Shown: piece by piece, positions 29,748-42,157 of the stretch
Layout: every line of letters starts with the position of its first letter
How positions within the stretch are numbered: position 1 is the stretch's first letter
Origin: Octopus vulgaris
Lineage: Eukaryota
NCBI GenBank assembly: GCA_951406725.2
Contig: OX597820.1
Span: 69,812,001-69,876,000, forward strand
DNA: 64,000 bases
Direction: 5' to 3'
Program-made: the position numbers and the translations under genes
Notes under the pieces: generated by a model
What the model was told of the DNA's origin: nothing
Database searches by the model: none
Seen by the model: only the letters and a program-made list of their open reading frames with translations

Positions 29748-31445
29748 TATAACTTGAAGTCGATATATCAATTGCATTATGGGGCCAATGATAACTATCG
29801 AGTTAACCAGATATTTCAGAATTATACATTACTAGCGGGACCCCTGAATATTTCATTGAATTTATGGTAACCTTATTGGGTTACTTCTGAAAACTTCATC
29901 CAAAAAACATGAAAACGTAACTGTGTTGCATTCGTATAGAAACAGCCGCTCATCCGCTACTCATTGAAAAATGAAAGAAATTGGAATACGATGATTACTT
30001 AATGCACTTTATATATTGACTTTATATACTTTAAGCACAATTTCATAGACTAAATACACAGCACTCATAAAATGAACACTCACTCATATTTATAATAAAA
30101 CATATCCTGTACATATGATACAATCTTTAATTGAATTGTATATATCATCCACGTAAATAAGCGTGAACATTTCACGGAATTGCACTTATGCGCATGCTTT
30201 AAGTAATATAAAAAACTTAGTTTAATTTAAAAGTAAACTTTTCACTATCCAGTCACCACTACCAGTTTCATCTCCATCACCAACACCACCACCACCACCA
30301 GCATCATCATCATTTTTCTCCCCTCCTCTCTGCCTTTCTTTAACCTCACCATCAGAACATCACTCCTCTGCTAAAATTATTATGTTCCCATTATCTCACG
30401 TCATGGACGCTTCTCTCTCCCTTTTTCTCTATCCGTTTCTCTCTCTCTCTTGTCCTTCTTTCTGTCTCACTCTTCGCTTTATCCTCTTTTTCCCTTTCTT
30501 TTTTCTTCCCGTCTCTTTCCCTTCAACTAATCACGTGAAAGCGTTACAATTACATTCCCTCTACCTCACATCATGGACGCTTCTCTCTCTCCCTTATTTT
30601 CCACTCTCCCTCTTTTCCTCAGACGGGCTAAGTAACGCAATGAATTATTATCAGATTCTGTGTGGTATGATTGTACAGCTAGCTATACCGAACCAGCGAA
30701 GGCTGCGTTTTAACACGTGACTGAATGCTGTAACTATGACACGGTACAGGGTTGAGTGGTGGAAACAAATTTTATATCAACGAACAGTCTGTCGCCTCAG
30801 TAGACTTCCATTTTCATTTAACACGTATTTCATTAAATATGATATATTTTTTGTGGCAAGGTACATTTTCCCACGCGCAAAAATCGATTGAATCACTTCC
30901 AGGATATTAATTAATGGGGTTTTGTTTTGCTTTGTTAGTCTTTTTTTGTTTTTACGCGAATCTCGAAGTTCAACATATCTTTGTTACATTAAGTAGACAA
31001 AATATTTCATCGGCAATCGATTTAGTAGACATGACAATCGATTAACAATTGATTGACAAGATAATTGATTGGAAATTTACGCGCCAAATTGATTGAATTC
31101 ACTCCAAGGTATTAATTAATTTGTTTACGAGTCTCAGAGGTTTAGTTATTTTTTTCACTGCATCAAATAGATAAGAAAACTTTCACCAAGGTTAGATGTT
31201 AGTATATTTCAGCAGAAATGTTATCATTCTGTCTACGTAATGTCACGTGCATTGTATTAAATATAGTGTCCATCATATCACTTTATGAAGCACAAAGACG
31301 CCAAAGTAATTAACGTTTGTGGAGTAATAAACAATTACCGTTTGGTCGTTACTATACTTTTAACGCTGATGAAGCAAAGCTAAAATTAAATGCATGTAGG
31401 TCGAAATTTATGATTCTTTGTTTAACGTATGATATAACCAATTGT

Positions 31446-31692
31446 GGAGGCGCGTGGCTTAGTGGTTAGGGTGTCAGCACCATGATCGTAAGATTGTAGT
31501 TTCGATTCCTGGACCGGGCGACTCGTTGTGCTCTTGAGCAAAATATTTCATTTCACATTGCTCCAGTCCACTCAGCTGGTAAAAGTGAGTAACGCTGCGA
31601 TAGACTGACGTCCCGTCCAGTTGCGGGACACATATGCTGTAGAAACCGGGAAACCGAGTCCATGAGCCAGGCTAGGCTTTAAAAGGGCGCAT
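31446..31692 (+). mobile_element. tRNA-derived SINE family C (variant 1)
   Basis: A box TGGCTTAGTGG, B box GTTTCGATTCC, middle CTTGAGCAA...CACTCAGCTG, then GCGATAGACTGACGTCCCGTCCAG and tail GGCTTTAAAAGGGCGC. Confidence 0.85.
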
Positions 31693-31697
31693 TTTTT

Positions 31698-32002
31698 GTG
31701 GATGCGCAATGGCCTAGTGGTTAGGGCAGTGGACTCGCGGTCGGAGGATCGCGGTTTCGATTCCCAGACCGAGCGTTGTGTGTGTTTATTGGGCGAAAAC
31801 ACCTAAAAGCACCACGAGGCTCCGGCAGAGGGTGGTGGCGACACCTGTTGTACTTTTTCGCCACAACTTTCTCTCATTCTCTCTTCCTGTTTCTTGAGTA
31901 ACCCTGCAATGGACTGGCGTCCTGTCCAGCTAGTGGGAAACACATACGCCACAGAAACCGGGAAACTGGGCCCATGAGTCTGGTTAGGCTTGAAAAGGGC
32001 GA
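31698..32002 (+). mobile_element. tRNA-derived SINE family C (variant 2), directly tandem to variant 1
   Basis: A box TGGCCTAGTGG, B box GTTTCGATTCC, a different middle and the same 3' module (GCAATGGACTGGCGTCCTGTCCAG...GAAACCGGGAAAC...AAAAGGGCG). Confidence 0.85.
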
Positions 32003-32406
32003 CGTTTATCGTTTTTTTACGTTTATGATATAACCAGACAAGCATCATTCTATATGCAAATACCTCTTACCATTTTTAATGGATGGTGGAGAATAATTTA
32101 AAAGAGACTGGCTGTTAACTCCAAAGAGTAGCAACTACTTAGAGCTCCACCTTTTGGTCCGCGATATGATTTGCTTTTCCTTTTCTTTCCCAGTAATCTT
32201 AATAATTTGCCTATCATGGAAGTTCACTGGTGGGCCTCTGTCCTATATTCTTGACTATGGGAGTCACCATTGACCCCCAAAGCTGATGATTATATTACTG
32301 TAGTTCAAATTAAATTATTCAAACTTTAGAAAATGTACAGAATTCAGCAATCAGAAAGTTGCTAATCATTGTCATTTCCGAAATTGGTGGGGCTGCTCTC
32401 TATTAT

Positions 32407-32650
32407 TTGTTTCCGTCATTTGACTGCGGCCATGCTGGAGCAACGCCTTTAGTCGAACAAATGGACCCCAGTACTTATTCTATCGTTCTCTTTTGCCGAA
32501 CCACTAAGTAAACGTAACTTAGCGGTTCGGCAAAAGAGACCGATAGAATAAGTACTAGGCTTACAAAGAATAAGTCCTGGGATCGATTTGCTCGACTAAA
32601 GGCGTTGCTCCAGCATGGCCAAAGTCAAACGACTGAAACAAGTAAAAGAT
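32407..32650. mobile_element. two SINE B 3' ends fused as a palindrome
   Basis: Minus-strand tail 32407-32510 and plus-strand tail 32513-32650. Confidence 0.9.
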
Positions 32651-32669
32651 TATATATATATATATATAT

Positions 32670-32872
32670 AAAGGGAAAGTTTACGAAACTAAACAAAAGA
32701 CGAAGGCAAGTGGAGTACAAACAAACAAATGTATTAGTATATCGCTCAGGAATAGAAAAAGTCTTTTACGTTTCCAGCCAACGCTCTTCGACAGAAATAT
32801 ACACAGAAAAAAAACAAGGAGAGAAACAAGGAGAGAAAAAAATGCGTGTAGGAGCTAACGATCTATCATGGC

Positions 32873-32876
<4 letters not shown>
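32670..32876 (-). mobile_element. (TA)n-embedded ~200-bp repeat with a minimal HHR-like motif (copy 1)
   Basis: Homologous to 43905-44098. Minus strand reads TTT CTGTCGA AGAGCGTTGGCTG GAAAC GTA AAAG. Confidence 0.75.
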
Positions 32877-32938
<62 letters not shown>

Positions 32939-33595
32939 GCAAGAGAATATAGCATACAGCGCAAATTGGGTTTGGTTGTCAAAGTGTTAAAGAAACAGTT
33001 TGTTAAATATCTAAATGAAGATAGTGATATGATAGTCAGTTTGGTATCTACGTAGTTTGATAATGCTGAAACACATATCTAAACCATTCTCATTAGTTCT
33101 TTTGCTTCCTTGATTATTTTCCACCACTGAATATTCTATATCCGGTTTTTATAGCTCTGAATTGCCAATTCCATAGTCACATATAATTGGAAGTTGTCAG
33201 TTGGATACAATGTTAACATTCTCTATTTGAAAAATAAAAGATACCCTGTTGTTGCCATTAGAGAGGTCAAGAAATGGCTGACAATCACTATTTTTCTTTG
33301 CCTAAATTGGACGTTGCGTGCGATTTCGGTAACCAACTAAATGCAATTTTTCACACGAAAACAGAAAGCTTTGATCGATGACATTTCCCCTTGAAGAAAA
33401 AAAAAAGAAAAATACGAAAAGAGAAGAAAGGAAAATATATTGGTTTGCGTTTTTCTCGCTGATACATTCATCATTCATATTAATTTTTAAAAAAATACTC
33501 TCTACTACCGTTCAGATGGTTACGCTATATCTTTTTTCATTCGATTTCAGATGTATTATTATGAAAAGTCTGACACGCGCGTGCACTCATGCACT

Positions 33596-33658
<63 letters not shown>

Positions 33659-33959
33659 TTGTGTGTGAGTATGCGTCTGTCTGTGTGTGTATGCGTGTAT
33701 GTCTGTGTCTACACAAGCTTGCTCTATTTTGCTATTTATCTGAGATACTGCCCAAACATTACACACATAGATACAGATATAAACGCACAACCTCGTAAAT
33801 GCAGACCTGCACACCCATACATATACAGAAACAGAGAGAAGAGTGAGAGGGACAAACAGACAGACAGACAAAGACAGGAATGCTAATAATTTCCCAATGT
33901 TCTTAGTCAAAACGCACTACAGAGCTGTGGAGAAATGGTCGTGAACACATACATACATG

Positions 33960-34070
<111 letters not shown>

Positions 34071-34278
34071 ACTATATTAAATCTCTGAGCAAGATATAAG
34101 CAGTAGCAATACGGAATCGTAATATATAATTGCCAACCAAGTGTGGCGTTCTATACAGGACAGTGCTACTGATGTTTATAGCCCCAGGAAGACATCTTTT
34201 TCAGCTGGCTAACGATACACGTTCTGTGTCCGATTAGTATATGCGAGGGGAGGTCATCGCACTCGTCTCCAGCCGTAC

Positions 34279-34337
34279 GTGATACACAAGGACCCGAGTT
34301 TCTGGGAGGTTACTCGTCCTCAGCGTGAATTAATCAC
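34279..34337 (-). ncRNA. type I hammerhead ribozyme motif
   Basis: Minus strand: GTGATTAATTCACG CTGAGGA CGAGTAACCTCCCA GAAAC TCGG GTC CTTGTGTATCAC. Confidence 0.7.
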
Positions 34338-34660
34338 AAGCTAGGGTTGAAAACTTACCCCACTCGCAAAATACTATGTGCTTTTGTTCCAGCGACGAAC
34401 CGTCGCTGATCTCAAAAAGGAGAAATAAGCTATATTAAATCTCTGAGCGAGATATAAACAGTAGCAATAGAAAATCGTAACATATAATTGCCAACCAAGT
34501 GTGGTGTCCTATACAGGCCAGTACTACTGACGTTTATAGCCCCAGGAAGACATCTGTTCCATTTGGCTAACAACACACATTTTTCGAGTTTAGTGACAGT
34601 TTGTCCCTGGAAAAAGCATATAGTCTTTTGCGAGTGGAATGCGTTTTCGTCACTAGATTC

Positions 34661-34717
34661 TGATTAACACATGCTGAGGATTGGTAACCTCCCAGAAACT
34701 CGAGTCCTTGTGAATCA
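34661..34717 (+). ncRNA. type I hammerhead ribozyme motif, intact core
   Basis: TGATTAACACATG CTGAGGA TTGGTAACCTCCCA GAAAC TCGA GTC CTTGTGAATCA; palindromic stem III ACTCGAGT. Confidence 0.8.
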
Positions 34718-34877
34718 CGTAAGGCTAGAGATGGGAGCATTGACCTCCCCTCGCTTATACCAATCGGACACAGAACGTCTGTCGTTAGCCAGCTGGAATA
34801 GATGTCTTCCTAGGGCTATAAACGTCAGTAGCACTGTCCTGTATAGGACGCCACAATTGGTTGTGAATTATATGTTA

Positions 34878-34929
<52 letters not shown>

Positions 34930-34961
34930 GTGTGTGTATGTATATATATATATGTATATAT

Positions 34962-35001
<40 letters not shown>

Positions 35002-35040
35002 GTGTGTGTATGTGTATATATATATATATGTATATATATG

Positions 35041-35110
<70 letters not shown>

Positions 35111-35116
35111 TGTATA

Positions 35117-35606
35117 TCTCTATATTATAAATCTGAAATGCGAAAAATTTGTTTGTCTGGTTTTGGCATTGGAACGGGTTAAGTGGAACTAGATCCGGTC
35201 GGACTCGCTCCAAAATTTACAGAGTCATGTAAAAAGAGGCGAGGATGCGAGTGGCGTAGGTTTGAAATCCCTATCTCAAAAGCTGTTGTTACTAGGGCAA
35301 TAAAATCACTTTGACAAGTGTTTGTCGTTTCTCTCTTTCTCTTATCTGCCTTTCTTCCTCCGTCTCTCTCTCTCTCTCTTTCTTTCCTTCCTCTCACTTT
35401 CTCTCTATAACGACGTTTGACAGCTTCGCCGTCTCTCTGTCACTCTTTCCCCCACCACCTCTCTCACTGTACTTCTGTCTCTATAGAGAGAAAGCGTGAC
35501 AGTAGCAACAGTTTAAATATTCCCGTCTTAGAACGGTGAATTATTATCGTCCACCACCATCGCGCAATCATAACAGATATTATTAATCAGATATATTGTG
35601 TTAATT

Positions 35607-35690
<84 letters not shown>

Positions 35691-35986
35691 AATATATATA
35701 TAATGTGTATACATATATATATGTTTGTGTGTAGACACATATATATAATGTATGCATATGTGATCGGATTCAGCTGAAAATGTGCACACCTATGTTGAAA
35801 GTGCTAGCGAGTTTGCATGGCAACTTTCAGTTTGCTCAATTGAAAGCCATCGCCTCTAGGGCAAAATTCCTCATCTTTTAAAATGTGGATCGCGTAGACC
35901 TGAATGAAAACGGGTTATAATGCCAAAACAAGTAAAACAATAATAAACTATTTTAATCCCGAGCAAGGCCCGGTATATCTGTCTAA
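35117..35986 (+). mobile_element. possible non-autonomous Helitron-like element
   Basis: 5' A|TCTCTATATTATAAA; 3' GC-rich imperfect hairpin CCCGAGCAAGGCCCGG followed by CTAA|T. Confidence 0.45.
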
Positions 35987-36439
35987 TCTATAAAATAAAG
36001 AAGGCGAACGTTGATACAAATTGGATTTTTATTTAAAAAGGGGTCTAAATAGGGCTGGAAGGGGATTAAAATTTACAGTAACATGTAAATTGAAGTGGGA
36101 AAATGATCTTGAAACGTTTTGGGGCGCAACAGTGGTTGCTTTGGTGTTTTAACGGAGATTTTATTGATTTGGGGGGGACAATTGGGGGCCTAGATCGGAC
36201 ACCTTTTGCCCGATTTCAATAAAATTTTCAACATGGTAAAGTTGAAGCAGATTTCTAATTTAAACGCGGAAATCTAATTTTTTTAAATGTCTGAGAGATA
36301 GATAGAGAAAGATAAAGAGTAAGAGAAAGCGTGGGAGAGTCCGAGAGAAAAGAAGAGTAAGAGAGTGGGAAAGTGAGAAAGGAGGGAGAATATGGCGATA
36401 AGAAACAGAAAGTAACAACCACAACCTCACCTCAAACTA

Positions 36440-36483
<44 letters not shown>

Positions 36484-37249
36484 CTACTTTATGATCTCCA
36501 GAGGAAGTACTATTAAAATTCTTACTCTACAACACCTAAATGTGCTCAATTACTTGCTTCATCCAAAATATACCAACTAATAACCAAACAACACATAATT
36601 GCAATATCATTACCCATCAACAGTTTTCCGCTAGATTTCAAATGCTTATGTAAAGGCTATATGACAATGCCCCGTACAAACTAGTATCTCATCTAAGGTA
36701 CACAACGGTTTCATATTATATGTATTTAAACTTACTGCGATGTTCAACCGGATAAAACAATTCTTTCAGAGGTACTGTATATAACACAATGACAATTGCT
36801 TTTAGGCACACCGTAATTCGTTATGCAACTATGATATACTACCAAGTGTATTAAAGGTTTATAAGTCATTCAGTTCCACCTGCGTTCCGAATGTCATGTT
36901 GTAACTTTCAGTACTAGCTCTAATGTCAACAAGAAAGTCTGTAGATAACATTATACATAACAGAATATATATTGTAAGCCGACGAAAGCCTCCCAGAAAC
37001 GTTTAGTAAGAACGTTTCTTTAAACGCGTCTAGTCAGAGTCCATCGCATACTTAAAGCTTCCTGCAATGTATTAAATATGACACATAGCTGTCTATTTTA
37101 ATCTATTGTTACATAATCGGATTTTATTCAGTCGGGTGGCTGTATGCAATATCAGTGATTATTTATTCACTGTTTATCGATGACGCCAGATACGGTTACT
37201 TAACAAAGTGAAAGCATTCATGAACAAGGCATCAAAAGTCTAACAGAAG

Positions 37250-37774
37250 AAATGACAGTTGGTGATTTGCAGATCCTTCTGAAGTACCCAGAGTTATGCA
37301 AACGAAATTTGCATCAACTGTAATGGTTTAGGAGTGGTAAGTAGCAAAGGTCATCAGATGCCTCCCCACTTTTTTCCACACGGTCTTTGAATTAATGCTG
37401 CTGGATACATTGATGTACTGGAAACTATTATGAAGCCCTGGATTGATGAAGTATGCAATGGAAGGCTATATGTATTTCAGCAAGATTCAGCACCTTCTCA
37501 CAGAGCCCTTGTCACCAAAAAATAGTTGTCAGTCAATATTTATGATTATGTAACACCCAACATATGACCTCAAGATTCGCCAGATTTGAACTCCATGGAC
37601 TACTACACGTGGAGTGCTTTTAAAAGGGAGACTAATCGTCATACTAATAATACCATAACTTCAGCGAATGCCGCCATTGTCCAGGTGATGTCCGAAATGA
37701 ATAAGGACCATATAGTGTCAACATACCAGTGGTTTCAGTCCCGCATCGAAGGCGAAGACGGTTTCATGGAATAA
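37250..37774 (+). pseudogene. DD37D (maT-like) transposase 3' fragment
   Basis: YVFQQDSAPSH...SPDLNSMDYYTWSAFKRETNRH...AAIVQVMSEMNKDH...GFME*; homologous to 17688-18250. Confidence 0.8.
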
Positions 37775-38033
37775 TTTGTGTATTTGTGTGCGTGTGTGTG
37801 TGAGTATGTGTGCATTTCTGTTTCTGTTTGCCTGTCCACTACTTGACAACTGGCGTTGGCTTCCTTACGACCTCGCATCATAGTGGTTCGGCAAATGAGT
37901 TCGATTGAGTAAGTACCAGAGATGAAGATAAGTTCAGCGGGTGATTTGTTCTACGAGATCTTTCAAAATGATTCGCTATCCTGGTCTCGGTTAGATTACT
38001 CAAATAAGTTAAAGATATAAGTTATATATATAA

Positions 38034-38456
38034 GGCGCATGCGTGACTGTATGGTAAGAAGCTTTGTAAGAAACCCGTCGTATAAATATGTGTGTGTGTA
38101 TTTGCGTGTTTGTGTGTGTGTTTGTCCCCCACCATCGCTAGACAACCGATCTTGGTGTGTTTACCTCCACGTAACCTAGCGGTTCGGCAAAAGAGACTGA
38201 TAGAATAAGTACCAGGCTTACAAAAAGTCCAGGGGCGATTTGTCCGACTAAAAGGCGGTGCTCCAGCATGGACACAGTCAAAATGATTGAAAATGGTTAT
38301 GTGGTAAGTAGATTGTTTACCAACCACACGGTTCCATGTTCAGTCCCACTGCGTGGCACCTTCGGCAAGTGTCTTCTACTATAGCCTCGGGTCGACCAAA
38401 GCCTTGTGAGTGGATTTGGTAGACGGAAACTGAAAGAAGCCCGTCGAATATATATG

Positions 38457-38532
<76 letters not shown>

Positions 38533-38680
38533 TTTGTGTGTCCGTAACTTAGTGGTTCGGCAAAAGAAACCGATAGAATAAGTACTAGGCTTACAAGTAA
38601 TAAGCCCTGAGGTCGATTTGCTCGACTAAATGCGGTGCTCCAGCTTGGCCACAGTCAAATGACTGAAACAAGTAAAAGAG
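38034..38680 (+). mobile_element. two tandem, internally deleted SINE B copies
   Basis: Tails at ~38253-38292 and ~38630-38680; the second head starts at ~38293. Confidence 0.85.
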
Positions 38681-39360
38681 TTATGAAACAGTACATATAT
38701 GTGTGTATACATACATACATACATACATACATACATACATACATACATACATACATACATACATACATACATACATACACGTGCATACATATAAGTGAAA
38801 GCGAGAGCAAAAAAAAAAAACAAAGCAAATGCAATAAGATAGAATAAGTTTGTGAAGAATGAGACAGAAATATTCTTTTAGAAAGAGCATTGTCAAGTAT
38901 TCGTGAGTGAGAGAGAAACAGAGGGAAATACAGAGAAGGTGATAGAAAAATATTATAGAGAAAGAGATACCAATGCATTTACATATTTCGCATTGTGTAC
39001 GCATGTGTGTCAAGAAATATTCTCTTCTATTTTCTTGTAGTTCTTTTTCAATTTCTACATGTCTTTCATCAATAAAGCAATTTTATTATTTTACATTTCT
39101 TCTTTGTTCTATTGTTTTTTCTCTTGCATTGATTGTTTTTTTGTTTTTTTCTCTTTTATTGATATCTGCTAGATAAGACCTTTCCATACTTGCTTTGTAT
39201 GTTTGAACTTTTGGCTTGTTTAGCTTACTACTAAAGTTTACTATAATGTCGTATATGTATTATAATGGAGTAATAACATCTCCTTTATTATATATACTGT
39301 TGCTTTTAATGATATCTGAAAAAATGTTTTCAAAATACATACAAACGGACATATATAGAC

Positions 39361-39392
<32 letters not shown>

Positions 39393-39394
39393 AT

Positions 39395-39442
<48 letters not shown>

Positions 39443-39485
39443 CATACATACATATATATATACACACATATATATATATAAATAT

Positions 39486-39530
<45 letters not shown>

Positions 39531-39704
39531 AAACTTTCAAGTAGCATTAAGTAGAATTCAGAAAGTTCAAATGTGTTTCTGCGTATGTGCGAGTGTGTGT
39601 GGGTATATGTCCATATGTACAAGTATATCAACATTTTCACTGAGATATATAGCATTTATGTTTTGTGTGATTGTGTGTCTGCGCTTCAAAATGGATTCAT
39701 GCAT

Positions 39705-39705
<1 letters not shown>

Positions 39706-39781
<76 letters not shown>

Positions 39782-39798
39782 GACAGATAGATAGATAC

Positions 39799-39832
<34 letters not shown>
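39706..39832. repeat. (AGAT)n microsatellite
   Basis: Read directly; a second tract lies at 44642-44730. Confidence 0.95.
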
Positions 39833-40374
39833 TATTAGAAAAAGGGTATGTAAGTTTTTATGTGAGGGTTAAACATATAGTCAATTTACGGATACATATA
39901 ACATGTAATAATGTTCATCTGGGAAAGTAGTACTTTTTAGTTGAACTTAGTATAAAAGGAACTGTCAACATATTTCCTGTGGATTTGATCTTTATAGTTT
40001 TTCTATTGTTTTAAATGTATTTTTCCGAATTCGTTGAGGTACATTCGCAATTTTGGATCTTTTCTTTTCTTACACAATATTTGAGTATATATATTTTGCA
40101 ATGTTATGTAGTGAAACTTATTTTGTGCAATTCAGTGCGTCGTATCATATTTTTATAGTAGAATGAAGTTGTGAGAAGTGTAGGGTGGTTTACCAATCGT
40201 ATAGTGTAGTTTAATGCATTTTGTTTTATACAGTGTGTACCAGAAAACTACCACAAAATTTGTTGGTTCATGTCATTTTAGCAGTCTTTATGAAATGCAT
40301 GTATGCAACAAGTACTCTTCCTCCATGCTACACTCACTACAAAGAGAAGCCAAACACATTTTATGTACTCAGGT

Positions 40375-40792
40375 GGTTTAACCCATTTATTTTAATACAA
40401 TGTAATGAAACATGTTTTCTCGGCTCAGGCCCTCTGTGCGTGAAAAAATCAAACGGGATGTTGTCTGGTTCTGGAGCTTTGCCCGGTGTCATGCGATCGA
40501 ATGCCTTGTTGAACTCATGGGGCGAGGGCGGCAGGAACATCGATTGGCAGATGGAGATCTGTGAGGTGTTTTTTGTACGCAAAGAGGTCCTGAGCTGAGA
40601 AATCATCTGATTCTCCTTATCCTCAAGATCTGAGAAAGCAAGACCCTCCCGAACGACTTCCACGATGGACCTATCATCACCATCTATAAGAAAGAAAACC
40701 AAAAGGATTGCAATAACTATCATGGCAACTCACGTTTGAATATTGCAAGTAAGATCTTCGTCCGTATCCTACTCAATTGCCTTCTCATCCTC
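40375..40792. mobile_element. RTE-type LINE ORF2 fragments in opposite orientations
   Basis: Minus: PPSPHEFNKAFDRMTPGKAPEPDNIP. Plus: RGPELRNHL...IITIYKKENQKDCNNYHGNSRLNIASKIFVRILLN, matching the NYRGISLL motif. Confidence 0.75.
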
Positions 40793-40884
40793 ACGGTCTT
40801 GTCATTATTGAAGAAAGTCTTGTAGTCAAAGATGTCCCAGTTGATGAATTCATTTTTCCTTTTTTATTATCTGATAAGCATAAG

Positions 40885-41075
40885 AAGGCGAGGTGACAGA
40901 ATCGTAGCACGATGGCCGAATGCTTAGTGTTCTTTCTTGACACATTTCGTCCTGAGCTCGAATTCCACCGACGTCGACTTAGCCATTCATCTTTTTGGAA
41001 ACGATGAAATAAGAGCCAATGAAATACTGGAATCGATGCCTCCTCCACTAATTACTGATTTGAGCCAAAGTTAGA
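40885..41075 (+). mobile_element. SINE family A, diverged monomer
   Basis: GGCGAGGTGACAGAATCGTAGCACG...GTCGACTTAGCCATTCATC. Confidence 0.7.
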
Positions 41076-41623
41076 AAGAAAGGTTTATTTGACAATCTTA
41101 TTGAATCTGGATCTAATTAGGTTCATCCATTCTTAAGATAGCATGAGGTAATTGTGATAGATTTGGCTGTTTGACTTTGTTGTTGTTTAGTTTCTGATCG
41201 AAAGAAACCTAGAACGAAAGGAACCCTAACTGTGACCAAGCCGGCCCTGTTGGATATCCAATATGTATCCAATGTCATTATGAGTAAGTTTGCATACGTT
41301 GGGGTTTCTTTCTCAAGTAGAATGATTAAATAAAAGTTCCCCTATACATTATTGCGTCTTAAATTGAGTTTCGTTGATTTTGACTATAAGAATAGTCCAG
41401 TTCTTCGATTATTTGACTCTTTACTCATAGAATTATCGTGAAAATGGTAGAGACGTTTAATGTGATTCTTCAGAAAGATTATAAACTATGTATGGCTAGT
41501 CTGGCACTTTTAATTACAAAGAGAGGCTATCCAATGGAGTTCTACATAGTTAAAATTTAATGAATTTCACTAACAAGTCATGAAATCCAACAACGTCTGT
41601 AATAAAATACTTATCTTTAATCT

Positions 41624-42000
41624 CTTACTTGTTTCAGCCATGCTGGGGCACCGCCTTGAAGAATTTAATCGAACTAAACGACCCCAGTACTTATTTTCTT
41701 TTTAAGCCTGGTATCATTCAATCGACCTCTTTTGCCGATCCTCGAAAAAGGACGTAAACACATCAACAACGGTTATCAAGCGTTAGAGGGAGACAAGCAC
41801 AGACCCGAACGAACACACACTCACACATAGATGTATATGCGACGGTCCCCTTTCAGTTTTCATCCACCAAATCCACTCACAAAGCTTTGTCGACCCGAAG
41901 CTATAGCAGGAGACACTTGCCTAAAGCGTCACACAGTGGGAGTGAACCCAGAACTGTGTAGTTGGGAAGCAAATTTCTTACCACATAGCCAAGCCTACGC
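41624..42000 (-). mobile_element. SINE family B, diverged, full length
   Basis: Head, body and tail are collinear with 44198-44612. Confidence 0.8.
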
Positions 42001-42100
42001 TTATGCTCAATATTTCACGCAGTGGTATCGATCACGGTAGCTCATCACTTGAGAATCAAACATTTTAACCATGAAGCCATATATAATCCTTGGCTACGTC

Positions 42101-42154
<54 letters not shown>

Positions 42155-42157
<3 letters not shown>

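Larger units (their letters stand above)
34072..34880. mobile_element. retrozyme-like or non-autonomous PLE-type array: 358-bp unit, 150-bp partial tandem copy and ~300-bp inverted copy
   Basis: Direct repeats start CTATATTAAATCTCTGAGC at 34072 and 34430. 34580-34880 is the reverse complement of ~34117-34418. TA-type microsatellites flank both sides. Confidence 0.85.

Noticed and set aside
31446-31775. Genuine tRNA genes
   Set aside because: The A/B boxes run into repeated SINE bodies, and there is no proper acceptor stem.
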